Assembly: GCA_963827235.1 (NCBI GenBank)
Contig: CAWHAE010000012.1
Location: 512,001-576,000, forward strand
DNA length: 64,000 nucleotides
Direction of reading: 5' to 3'
Source of the DNA: an uncultured bacterium
Lineage (GTDB): Bacteria; Chloroflexota; UBA5177; JANWHV01
Below the pieces are notes generated by a model. That model was not told the origin of the DNA, searched no databases, and saw only the letters and a list, made by a program, of their open reading frames with translations. The position numbers and the translations under genes were made by a program. Below, piece by piece: positions 9,924 through 19,191 of the stretch; the first letter of the stretch is position 1, and the number at the start of each line of letters is the position of its first letter.

Positions 9924-10198
9924 CTGGCGCCTCCTCAAGAACGTGTGTCCGCAACCGGCGGACTGTCGCCTACCTGCTCGGTGCAGGCGGCAATGACGAA
10001 CGCGCAGGCCGGCTGACCCGGTGACTCATAGAGCCTGCCTCGCGCCGCCTGCAGCATAGCGTGCCTGCAGAGCGACTGGCAATAGGCGGAGTGGGGTCTC
10101 GGCCGTGTAACTCTCACGCCAGGATCCGGGGTGGCGACCGCACGAGCCTCCGCTTGAGACTGGACGCAGGGGAGGATGGCGCTGTCGTCCCGGCAGGA

Positions 10199-10241
10199 CG
10201 TGATGAAAGTCACATATGTCCAGGCGGCGTTTCGCCATACT
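10199..10241 (+). promoter_or_regulatory. Crp/Fnr-family (HcpR-like) site plus -10 element: class II promoter of hcp
   Basis: cGTGA-tgaaag-TCACA at 10199-10214 and CATACT at 10236-10241 put the site centre at -41.5 from the inferred start (~10248). Confidence 0.7.
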
Positions 10242-10385
10242 AGGGACAAACGGCTCACGCCTTGCACACGTACATGACATACGATCGCTCTGTTGCATGG
10301 CCGCGAGCCCAAGCGTTGGCGCGGGCGAGCGTGGTGCAGCGAAAACGGAGTGTTCCGGCCGCCTGCTCTGAAAGGGAGAAACGTC

Positions 10386-12029
10386 ATGTTCTGTTACCAG
10401 TGCGAGCAGACAACCAGAGGCCAGGGTTGCGACGTGCTCGGCGTCTGCGGCAAGACGCCGGAAGTGGCCGCCCTGCAAGACTTGCTCGTACACGCCTGCA
10501 AGGGCTTGGCCATGTACGCGCATCGCGCGCGGCAACTGGGGGCAATAGACTACGAGGTGGACATCTTCGTCATCGAGGCGTTGTTCACCACGGTGACCAA
10601 CGTGAACTTCGATGCCGAGCGCATGGCGCAGTGGCTGGAGCGCGCGGCCCACGCGCAGACGCGGGCGCGCGAGCTCTACCAGCGCGCATGCGCCCAGGCC
10701 GGTGTTGCGGCCGAGGCGCTGGCCGGTCCAGCATCATGGCGACCGGCCGAGAATCTGGCGGAGCTGGTCGGCCAGGGTCGAGCCGTGACGCTGCTGACGC
10801 GGCTCGAAGCGCTGGGTCCCGACGTCACTGGTCTGCAGGAGCTCCTCACCTACGGTCTGAAAGGTACGGCCGCCTACGCCGAGCACGCCCGTATGCTGGG
10901 CAGGGAGGATACCGAGGTCTACGCTGCTTTCCACGAGCAGCTCGATTACCTGACCAGGCCAAAGCCGGAAATACCCGAGCTAACGCGGCGCTGCCTGGCC
11001 GTCGGCGACTTGAACTTGAAAGTGATGGGCATACTGGATGCCGCCAACACGGGTGCCTACGGCCATCCGGTGCCTACGCCGGTGCGCATCACGCCGGTAG
11101 CCGGGAAGGCCATCCTTGTCTCCGGGCACGATCTCAAGGACCTGGAAGAGCTGCTCAAACAGACGGCCGGTACCGGCATCAACGTGTACACTCACGGCGA
11201 GATGCTGCCCGCCCACGGTTATCCAAATCTGCATCAGTACCCCCACCTGGCAGGCAACTACGGGGGTGCTTGGCAGGTCCAGGCGCGCGAGTTCGACGCC
11301 TTCCCGGGCGCTATTCTGATGACTACCAACTGCATCCAGGCTCCGAGACCCACGTACCAAGATCGCATTTTCACCTCGGGCCTGGTCGCTTGGCCGGGCG
11401 TGCGGCATATTGCGGACCGGCAGTTCGCGCCGGTGATCGAGGCCGCGCTGGCAGCGCCGGGCTTTGCCGCTGACGAGCCGGCGAAGACAATCCTGGTGGG
11501 CTTCGGCCACGAGGCGGTGCTCGGCGTGGCCGGGCAGGTAGTGGACGCGGTGAAGAGCGGAGCCATTCGCCACTTCTTCCTGATTGGCGGCTGCGACGGT
11601 GCCGAGCACGGACGCAATTACTACACCGAGCTGGCCGAGATGTTGCCGAGCGATACCATGCTGCTCACGCTCGCCTGCGGCAAGTACCGTTTCAACAAGC
11701 ACGAGTTCGGCTCCGTGGCCGGTCTGCCGCGCTTGCTCGACGTGGGCCAGTGCAACGATGCCTACTCGGCCGTGCAGATCGCCGTGGCCCTGGCAGGCGC
11801 ATTCAACTGTTCGGTAAACGAGCTGCCGCTCTCGCTCGTCCTGTCGTGGTACGAGCAGAAGGCCGTCGCGATCCTGCTCTCACTGCTCTCGCTCGGCATC
11901 AAGAATATTCGCCTGGGGCCAAAGCTGCCTGCATTCATCACTCCTGCCGTGCTGCAGGTCCTGGTCGACGCCTACGGCATCAAGCCCATCACCACCGCCA
12001 GTGCCGATCTGGCCGCCATGTTGCAGTAG
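10386..12029 (+). CDS. hcp: Hybrid cluster protein (hydroxylamine/NO reductase)
   Basis: MFCYQCEQT..G.GC...GVCGK; SGHDL, YTHGEMLPAHGYP, MTTNC, GGCDG, LACGKYRFN, GQCND, SWYEQKA motifs. Confidence 0.97.
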   Translation: MFCYQCEQTTRGQGCDVLGVCGKTPEVAALQDLLVHACKGLAMYAHRARQLGAIDYEVDIFVIEALFTTVTNVNFDAERMAQWLERAAHAQTRARELYQRACAQAGVAAEALAGPASWRPAENLAELVGQGRAVTLLTRLEALGPDVTGLQELLTYGLKGTAAYAEHARMLGREDTEVYAAFHEQLDYLTRPKPEIPELTRRCLAVGDLNLKVMGILDAANTGAYGHPVPTPVRITPVAGKAILVSGHDLKDLEELLKQTAGTGINVYTHGEMLPAHGYPNLHQYPHLAGNYGGAWQVQAREFDAFPGAILMTTNCIQAPRPTYQDRIFTSGLVAWPGVRHIADRQFAPVIEAALAAPGFAADEPAKTILVGFGHEAVLGVAGQVVDAVKSGAIRHFFLIGGCDGAEHGRNYYTELAEMLPSDTMLLTLACGKYRFNKHEFGSVAGLPRLLDVGQCNDAYSAVQIAVALAGAFNCSVNELPLSLVLSWYEQKAVAILLSLLSLGIKNIRLGPKLPAFITPAVLQVLVDAYGIKPITTASADLAAMLQ

Positions 12030-12036
12030 CGACGAT

Positions 12037-12072
12037 CGGCAACCCGCCGCCCGGCCGGGCGGCGGGTTGCCG
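12037..12072. terminator. Perfect 36-bp palindrome with no spacer; probable bidirectional terminator
   Basis: CGGCAACCCGCCGCCCGG|CCGGGCGGCGGGTTGCCG between the convergent hcp and kinase stop codons. Confidence 0.65.
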
Positions 12073-12080
12073 GACCTGCA

Positions 12081-14975
12081 CTATCCCTCGATGAGGCTGG
12101 CAGGGAGCCGCAGCCGAAAGGTACTGCCCGTCGGTCCCGTCTTCTCGAGATCCAGGTCGCCATCCATGGCGCGCGCCAGGTGCCGACTGAGATACAGGCC
12201 CAGGCCGGTGCCGACGTGTCCGGCGCGAATGTGGCTTCCTGCGACGCGCCCGAACCGCGTAAACAGCAACTCGCGGCTGTCTTGCGCGATGCCACAGCCC
12301 CGGTCCCGCACTCGAACCACCGCCTTGGTGCCCTCGAGAGACCAAGCCACGCCGATGTCGCTGCCCTCACTCGAGTACTTGGCCGCGTTGTCGACCAGGT
12401 TAGTCAGGATCTGCGCGGTCCAGTCCTGGTCGCCCAAGGCCTGCAGGTCCGCAGCGCCATCCAGATCTATGCGCTGTCCGGGGTAGGTGCCCGTGACCTC
12501 GGCGGCCACCCGTTCCGCGACGGCTGCCAGCGTGACCGGCGCCAACCGGGGTGGCGCTATGCCGGAATCGAGCCGCGTCAGGAGCAGCAAGTCCTCGACG
12601 AGACGTTTCTGCCGGTTGGCAGACAGGACGATGCGCCCGAGCCGTTCCTGGCGTTGTGTGTCGCTGAACTGGTCCCAGTGCGCTTGGAGAATCTCGCCAT
12701 ATCCTATGATCGACGTCAGCGGTGTGCGGAGCTCGTGGCTGACGGAGGCGACGAAATCGCTGCGCAGGCGGGCCAGATCGACGGCTGCCTGGCGCGCACG
12801 CTCGGCCTCGCGTTGGGCTCGCACCGTCTCGGTGATGTCGATTGCGACACCGGTGCCGCCGTGGACTTCACCGGTGCCGAGCTGCTCGGGAGTCCACCAC
12901 ACCTCGAAGGCGCGGTCCCCGATCTCCACCGTGGTAGCGATCACGTCGCCTGCGGCGGCCCGACGACCCAGCTCGACAAGGCCGGGCGACGGGAGCCAGG
13001 TGAAGAGTGAATCGCCCACGTTGGGGTGGCCAAGGGGGTCCAGGTCAGGAGGTAGCGTGGATTCAAAGAACGTTAGCCTTCCCTCGCCATCCAGGGCAAA
13101 CAACACCAGCGGCGCGTGCGACACCACCGCCCGGAGACGTGTCTCGGTAGCTTGCAGGGCGGCCTCCGCTGTCATTCTGGCCGTCAAGTCGCGCGACGTG
13201 GTATGGAGCTCGGTCAATTCGCCGCTCGCGGCATCCCTGACGGTCTGAAATATCGTCTCCAACCACACGTAGTGGCCGTCCTTGTGCCGCATGCGATGCG
13301 TCACCGTTTGCGGGCCGGGCTGGGAGACGATCGCCTCGAACGCAGCCAGGTTGGAGTCATGTTCCTCCGGATGCCAATAGTCGGGCGAGGCGCGGCCCAC
13401 CAGTTCTTCAGGCAAGTATCCCAGGAGAGGCAGGCTGGCAGGTGACACGAAGATGAAAACGCCGCGCAGGGACAGGCGGGCGATCAGGTCCGTGGCGTGT
13501 TCCGCCAGGAGGCGATACTGCGCTTCACTCTCACGAAGTGCGGACTCGGTGCGCAGGCGCTCGCCGATATCCCGGGCAATGCAGGCGGCACCGCTGGCAG
13601 CACCCGACGCATCTCGTATCGGCGCCATGGTCAGCACCACGTCGAGAAGCATGCCGTCCTTGCTCTGTTGTACGGTCTCGATCGTGGAGGCGGTCTGGCC
13701 GGATGTCGCGGCGGCAAGCAGGCGCGCCAGCCTGTCGTGCTGCTCGGGCGCAGCAATGATCGAGATTGGCTGACCAACGGCTTCCTGGGCCGGGAAGCCA
13801 TACAGGCGAGTTGCACCCGCGTTCCAGCTGTCTATGATCCCGTTCAGGTCAGTGCTGATGATCGCGTCCGGCACCGACTCGACGATGGCCGCCAGGCGCT
13901 CGCGCGTCTCCGCGACCACTCGCTCTCGCACGATCACATCCAGACTGCTTGCCAACTGATTGAATCCCTGGAGAAGATCGTCCATGACGCCCCATCGCGC
14001 CGGGGCGACCGGAGCCGCGGCTTTCCCCTGGGTCAGCGAGCGCAGGGCCGTCGACAGCAGGGCCAAAGGCCAGACGACCCACCGGCTGAGCACGAAGCCG
14101 CCAAGCACGGCGAGCGCGAGGACGACGCCGAATGAGACCAAAGCGCGCGCACGCAGGTCTCGTTCGGCGCTCAAAGTGACCTGCCTGGATGCGATCACGA
14201 CGAGTAGCGGTCCGCGGCGACCGAGCTCGGGCATTATCGGACTGCTTACCACGCTCCAGGAGTCGAAGCGCACGACGCGCTGGTCGGCTGCCGCCGTGCG
14301 CACTCGCGCCAGAAGCGCTGCATCGAGAATTTTCGAGCTGCTCGCGAGGGCATCGCCGGAAGCCGGCACCACGGCAATCGGGTTGCTGGTCGACGCCGCC
14401 AGGTCGCGGACGAGCGCACCGTCGATGCGCTGGATGAACACGAGCGTTCCATCCCGATCGAGAGGCGCCTTCTCGCGTTCTACGGGTGAGCTCACCACGA
14501 GCGCGGGCTGCGACGGCAAGATCAACGTCGATGCCGCGCCGGCTGAAGCCAGGATGGCCGGTGGCAACGCTGCCGGCGAGAGCGCCGTGCCCCGCGTGTA
14601 TACTGCGTGCCGGCCGCTGTCGAACACCAGCACGGAGGACAAGCGGTACGTCGCCAGCACGCTGGCGTCAATGTTGTCACGGAGAAAGCCTGAATCCTTC
14701 GAGCGTACTGCCTGCTGCATTTGGTCCCACTGGCCGTAGTCTGAGACCACTCTTTCCAGGGCCGCGATGTGGCTGGCAAGTGACTGCCTGGCCACAACCG
14801 CATCATGTCCGAGGGTCTGCTCTTCGATCCCGCTCAGGGTGGCAGTCTCCGACGAGGAGATCAAGAAGTACGCCAACCCCAGGGGCAGCGAGCATACCAG
14901 GATAGGCACCACGACAAAGAGCGCCAGAAGCCTGGCGTGCGGAGCCCGTGGTCGCCGGGACGTATTGTTCGCCAT
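12081..14975 (-). CDS. Membrane sensor histidine kinase: CHASE4-like, HAMP, three PAS, HisKA, HATPase
   Basis: DYGQWD (CHASE4-like); two TM helices; PAS repeats; SHELRTPLT H-box; NLVDNAAKY, DRGCGI and GTGLGL boxes. Start uncertain. Confidence 0.9.
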   Translation of the reverse strand: MANNTSRRPRAPHARLLALFVVVPILVCSLPLGLAYFLISSSETATLSGIEEQTLGHDAVVARQSLASHIAALERVVSDYGQWDQMQQAVRSKDSGFLRDNIDASVLATYRLSSVLVFDSGRHAVYTRGTALSPAALPPAILASAGAASTLILPSQPALVVSSPVEREKAPLDRDGTLVFIQRIDGALVRDLAASTSNPIAVVPASGDALASSSKILDAALLARVRTAAADQRVVRFDSWSVVSSPIMPELGRRGPLLVVIASRQVTLSAERDLRARALVSFGVVLALAVLGGFVLSRWVVWPLALLSTALRSLTQGKAAAPVAPARWGVMDDLLQGFNQLASSLDVIVRERVVAETRERLAAIVESVPDAIISTDLNGIIDSWNAGATRLYGFPAQEAVGQPISIIAAPEQHDRLARLLAAATSGQTASTIETVQQSKDGMLLDVVLTMAPIRDASGAASGAACIARDIGERLRTESALRESEAQYRLLAEHATDLIARLSLRGVFIFVSPASLPLLGYLPEELVGRASPDYWHPEEHDSNLAAFEAIVSQPGPQTVTHRMRHKDGHYVWLETIFQTVRDAASGELTELHTTSRDLTARMTAEAALQATETRLRAVVSHAPLVLFALDGEGRLTFFESTLPPDLDPLGHPNVGDSLFTWLPSPGLVELGRRAAAGDVIATTVEIGDRAFEVWWTPEQLGTGEVHGGTGVAIDITETVRAQREAERARQAAVDLARLRSDFVASVSHELRTPLTSIIGYGEILQAHWDQFSDTQRQERLGRIVLSANRQKRLVEDLLLLTRLDSGIAPPRLAPVTLAAVAERVAAEVTGTYPGQRIDLDGAADLQALGDQDWTAQILTNLVDNAAKYSSEGSDIGVAWSLEGTKAVVRVRDRGCGIAQDSRELLFTRFGRVAGSHIRAGHVGTGLGLYLSRHLARAMDGDLDLEKTGPTGSTFRLRLPASLIEG

Positions 14976-15229
14976 AGTCTGCCTTGCGCCCGGCGCAGCC
15001 GCATATGGACGTGCCCCGGCCACACACTTCCCACGGGCCGGCATGTCCCGCCCGTGCGCGCCGCGGAACGCTGCCCACGTTCACACGCTCGGTGCTGCTC
15101 GGGTACCTCTCACGCTCGCGCTCAGCCAAGCATAGCAAAGACGGCTTCGCAGCGCACTCCCCTAATCGTTGCACCATCCTTGCAGCAACCTGTGGAAGCA
15201 CGGCAGCCTGGCGCGGGCCGACCGACGCG

Positions 15230-16990
15230 TCAGCCGTTCGCGCACTGCTCCGGCACCGAGTTCCTGGCGGTCAGCGGTCCCGTGCGCATGGCCGTACCGT
15301 GGTCCACCTCGACCGGCGGCTGGCCGATCACTTGGAAGAGCTTCCAGTTGTCTGCCGTCAACGGGAAGACTCGTACCAGCCGCGTCCACGCGCTGCCGTG
15401 TTCCCACAGACTGGGGTAGAGCTGGTTCACCCGATCGGAATAGCCGTTGGCATCCGGGAACGGCACGAGGATATAGCGCACTCTGCCCGCCGGATGGCGC
15501 AGAACCGTCTCGAAATCGAGGTCGGAGGCCACCACATAACGATCCGGATGGGCGGAGACAACCGGTATGGCGAAACCCTGGTAGGTATCCAGCAGGACCA
15601 GGCCAGCAGGCAGTGCCTGCACGGCGTCGTCGATGGCCTTCGGGTCGCGAATTGAATTGCGACTGGATACCCAGCTTGGATGCAGGATCTTGCAAGCAAC
15701 GTACTTTTCCTCGCGCCCGATGGACGGAGCATCCATGGCCGTCCAGCTGGCGACGTCGGAGCCGAGAAGTACCAGGCCGATCAAGGCCCAGAACAGCAGG
15801 ACATGTCGTCCTTGAAGCGCCCTGGGTAGGGCGCGTCCGAGCGCAATGAGCAGGAGCATGGAAAACGGAATGCCGTAGATGAAGAAACGCAGCCAGCCAT
15901 AGGAATCGCCACGCTCGATCATGGCGATTTCGAACAGGGGAATAACAAGCGAGATGAGCGCCGTACCGAGCAGGGTCATGCTTCGGGCCCCGGTGGCAAG
16001 GACCACGATTGTGGCGAGCAGCAAGATCCCGGAGAAAGCGGGGTAGCTGCACAACATCACTCGCGCACCGAAATGGAGCGAACCCGTCCAGGAGCCAACG
16101 GCGCCGCTCAGGTAGCTTGTGCTACCCGACCTGAACTGCGACGTGTCCGCGACATTGCTGTAGGTGCTTCGCAGGAAGTACAGAGGATCTCCGGCTTTGA
16201 TCCAGTTGAAGAGAATCCAGGTGGCGAAAGAGTACATGGGTGCGACGAGGTAGGCAATCGAATAACTCTCGATCCGCCGCGCGGCGCCCGAGGCGCCTAT
16301 GTGTCGCCACAGAGGCAGGCAGCTCAGTACGATCGCCGCCTCGATGCCGGCGACCACCGCCAGCGACTCGTAGCGCGTCTGCACGGCCAGTGCGGAGAAC
16401 ACGGTCATGGACAGCAGGGCCCGCATGGCGCGCGTCTCTGCCCACTCGATGTAGTCGGTGACGGCGATTACCACCAGCAAGATGAAGAGCGCTTCGCTCT
16501 CGCCGTTGGCGCTGTACAGCACGATGAGCGGATTCAGGCCGTAGAGGACCAGGAGCAACAGGCGGTGCCGGGAGGAGAACGCGGCGCGCAACATGGCGCG
16601 GTTGAGCACGCAGAGCGTTGCCGCTCCGCAGAGAGCGGTTGACAGATTGCCGGCCAGTAAGGGATCGAGGTGCAGGGTGCCGAGCACCGTGATCAGCGGC
16701 AGCTGTAGCAGCGCGGGAAGCGGGTTCCACACGCAGCCTATGGCACCCAGATGGGGATCGCGCGAATAGAGTACTGAGAAGGCCTGAGCCGTGCGGGCGA
16801 CGGCATCGTCCATGTAGACGTCGAGCCGCCGAAGATACAGGCCGGCCAGCACGTACAGTGCAAGCGCCAGAGCGAAGAGCACGCGGTTCTGGGAGCGGAA
16901 TGCGCGGCTGGGTAAGGGGCCGGGCCATGCAATCGATTGGATCTGCCCCTCACGACTCGCGCTACGGCGATCTAGCCGGGCCGGCGTCAT
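15230..16990 (-). CDS. GT-C fold (GT39/PMT-like) membrane glycosyltransferase, paralogue of 2999..4624
   Basis: ATG 16990 overlaps the TGA of the GT2 gene (ATGA); YMDDAVART...HLGAIGCVWNPLP; NGESE and TRYE motifs; many TM segments. Confidence 0.75.
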   Translation of the reverse strand: MTPARLDRRSASREGQIQSIAWPGPLPSRAFRSQNRVLFALALALYVLAGLYLRRLDVYMDDAVARTAQAFSVLYSRDPHLGAIGCVWNPLPALLQLPLITVLGTLHLDPLLAGNLSTALCGAATLCVLNRAMLRAAFSSRHRLLLLVLYGLNPLIVLYSANGESEALFILLVVIAVTDYIEWAETRAMRALLSMTVFSALAVQTRYESLAVVAGIEAAIVLSCLPLWRHIGASGAARRIESYSIAYLVAPMYSFATWILFNWIKAGDPLYFLRSTYSNVADTSQFRSGSTSYLSGAVGSWTGSLHFGARVMLCSYPAFSGILLLATIVVLATGARSMTLLGTALISLVIPLFEIAMIERGDSYGWLRFFIYGIPFSMLLLIALGRALPRALQGRHVLLFWALIGLVLLGSDVASWTAMDAPSIGREEKYVACKILHPSWVSSRNSIRDPKAIDDAVQALPAGLVLLDTYQGFAIPVVSAHPDRYVVASDLDFETVLRHPAGRVRYILVPFPDANGYSDRVNQLYPSLWEHGSAWTRLVRVFPLTADNWKLFQVIGQPPVEVDHGTAMRTGPLTARNSVPEQCANG

Positions 16991-19008
16991 GGGGCGCCCG
17001 TCGCTTTGTGCGTCACCGCCGCGTCCGGTGGAGGAGCTCCAGGCAGCACGGCATGCCGTGCCAGCCCGTGTCTCGTCTTCTCCCAATAGTGCGGCCGGCT
17101 GATCAGCTGCAGCGTGCCCTTCCAGGCGGCGATGCTCATCAGCACCCAGTACAACGGGCTGAGCAGCGCATACTTGGTCAGTGCATGGTAGCCACGGCCG
17201 AGCGAGCCTGCCATGGCGAGGTAGACGAACATGACGTTGCCGACGTAAAGGGCGGTTGCTCCCAGGTAGTACACGGGTGCCGGGAAGAGTTGCTGCAGCA
17301 GCTGCGATCGCGTGGTGAACGAAAGCGGCACCATAACCCAGAAGACCGGATTGAGCAGAAGCACCAGCACTGTTCCGCCGAGGAGGAACTGAAAGCCCAG
17401 GAATCCGCGCATGCCCAGCTCCCGCCAGAGAACGATCGGGTGTCTCATGTGCACGAGCCAGGTCTGGAGATAGCCCTTGATCCAGCGTGATCGCTGCCGC
17501 AGCCAATTGCCGACGCTGGGATTCGCCTCCTCGTAGGTGGTCGAGGTCAAGACGGCGGTGCGATAGCCTCGCTTGAACAGGCGAACGCCCAGGTCGGCGT
17601 CCTCGGTCACGTTGAAGGGATCCCACGCCCCTAGGTGCTCGAGTACGTCGCGCCTGAAATGGTTTGACGTGCCGCCCAGGGGCACCGGCACCTTGGCGGA
17701 CTGCACACTTGGCAGGAGTATGTCGAACCAGACGGAGTACTCGGCTGTGAACCAGCGCGTGAGCAGATTCTGCTCGGCGTTGTAGAAGTTCAGATGGCAC
17801 TGAATGCAGCCGAGGTCGACCGGGGCCAGCTGGAACGCCACGTAGACCTTCTTGAGCTGGTCGGGCTCCGGGATATCCTCGGCATCGAATATGACCACGT
17901 ACTCGCCCCTGGCGTTGGCCAGGCCGAAGTTGCACGCTTTGGGCTTGCCGCGCGGCAGCCCGGGGGGCACAAGCACAAACGTGAAGTACGCCGGCAGCCG
18001 CGCGGCGCGAGCCGCCTCGATGGTGGCCACGTCGTCCTGCTCGAGGAGCAGGCGCACGTCCATCTTTGCCTTGGGCCAGTCCAGTGCCTGCAATGCCTGT
18101 AGCAGCTGCGGCAGCATGACTGCCTCGCGGTAGAGGGGAACGAGGATCGTGTAAACGGGAAGATCGCGGTCGTCGAGCTGTGCGGTCTCAGGTGTCGAGT
18201 AGGTTACTTCACCTGCTTTCATGCCCTGCCGGAGCAGGTAGAACTTGTAGAAGCACGAGGCCAGGTGGAGAAGGGTCAGCGCGACGGCCAGCGTGATTAT
18301 CGTGACGGAGGCATCCGCTGCCAGGGCCGCGAGGCAGAGGACGAGTCCGGCGAGGAGGCCGGTCTTCTGCGCGCGGCTGAGCACCCGGTAGGCGCAGTCT
18401 TCCGGCATGCGCTCCAGCAGATCGTTGGTGCTCTTGTAGAGATCGGGCAGTGCGAATAGCGAGTTGAGCGCCCGCTCAATATCGCGATTCGTGGCCACGA
18501 CTGGCTGAACGGGCATGCCGGCGACGTGGGCTGCCTCGTCCAGCAGGGCAGCATTCATCGGATCGGCAGTAGCCAGGCGCAGCACGCCGTTGCTTATGGA
18601 GAGGGGCACGAGCCGGTGACTCTGATACCAGCCGTCGTCGGCGGTGCAGCAAGTCGGGCGCTCGCTCGAAGAATCCAGCGCCGAGAGCACCTCGAGACCG
18701 TGCTGCTCGGCGAGGGCCTGTGCCACGCGATCGGCTCGAGCATGGCCCAGGCTTACCAGGGCCTCGCCAAGCCGCACGCCGGTACGCCGCTGCTCGTCCA
18801 GTGCCGCTTCCACGCCGGCCCTCGTGGTGCTCCCGTTCGCGACGAGCATCTCGCCAAGCATGCCGCCGGCGGCGGGCCGGCCCTCGCCGGCCGGCTCGGC
18901 AAGACGGAGATGACCGGCCCCGCGCGGTGCACCGAGCCTGCCTGCCGCGACGGCGTCGTGATCAGCCCGAAGGTCGGCAGGCTCGCTCGAGGCGGAGTTG
19001 GTCGGCAT
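16987..19008 (-). CDS. Processive GT2 polysaccharide synthase with N-terminal MshEN (c-di-GMP-binding) domain
   Basis: GGAGG RBS. Tandem MshEN-like motifs MLGEMLVANG...AL..Q and RLGEALVSLG...AL..Q. GT2 motifs LVPLYRE, GKPKACN, DAED, GGTSNHF, TEDAD, QRSRW; C-terminal TMs; WEKT.HG. Confidence 0.9.
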   Translation of the reverse strand: MPTNSASSEPADLRADHDAVAAGRLGAPRGAGHLRLAEPAGEGRPAAGGMLGEMLVANGSTTRAGVEAALDEQRRTGVRLGEALVSLGHARADRVAQALAEQHGLEVLSALDSSSERPTCCTADDGWYQSHRLVPLSISNGVLRLATADPMNAALLDEAAHVAGMPVQPVVATNRDIERALNSLFALPDLYKSTNDLLERMPEDCAYRVLSRAQKTGLLAGLVLCLAALAADASVTIITLAVALTLLHLASCFYKFYLLRQGMKAGEVTYSTPETAQLDDRDLPVYTILVPLYREAVMLPQLLQALQALDWPKAKMDVRLLLEQDDVATIEAARAARLPAYFTFVLVPPGLPRGKPKACNFGLANARGEYVVIFDAEDIPEPDQLKKVYVAFQLAPVDLGCIQCHLNFYNAEQNLLTRWFTAEYSVWFDILLPSVQSAKVPVPLGGTSNHFRRDVLEHLGAWDPFNVTEDADLGVRLFKRGYRTAVLTSTTYEEANPSVGNWLRQRSRWIKGYLQTWLVHMRHPIVLWRELGMRGFLGFQFLLGGTVLVLLLNPVFWVMVPLSFTTRSQLLQQLFPAPVYYLGATALYVGNVMFVYLAMAGSLGRGYHALTKYALLSPLYWVLMSIAAWKGTLQLISRPHYWEKTRHGLARHAVLPGAPPPDAAVTHKATGAP

Positions 19009-19140
19009 CGGCCGCCTCCAGAATACCCAAGTTGTGGCTCGATGTGCAGCGCAACAGCCATCCGCATCATATCGAAACCGTCGCGTCGCGCAATGGCCTA
19101 TTGGGAACGGCCAGGAGAGCTGCTGACAATCCTGCCGTGC

Positions 19141-19178
19141 CAAAACGAGGGGACCGGCGTTGCCTGCCGGTCCCCTCG
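19141..19178 (-). terminator. Rho-independent terminator of the MCP gene
   Basis: 13-bp stem CGAGGGGACCGGC / GCCGGTCCCCTCG with 7-nt loop, followed by TTTT on the minus strand. Confidence 0.8.
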
Positions 19179-19191
19179 CCGTCGGTAACCG

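Noticed and set aside
16991-17935. N-terminal extension of the 901-aa ORF
   Set aside because: Arg/Ala-rich off-frame overlap with the GT2 gene; the likely start is the coupled ATG at 16990.
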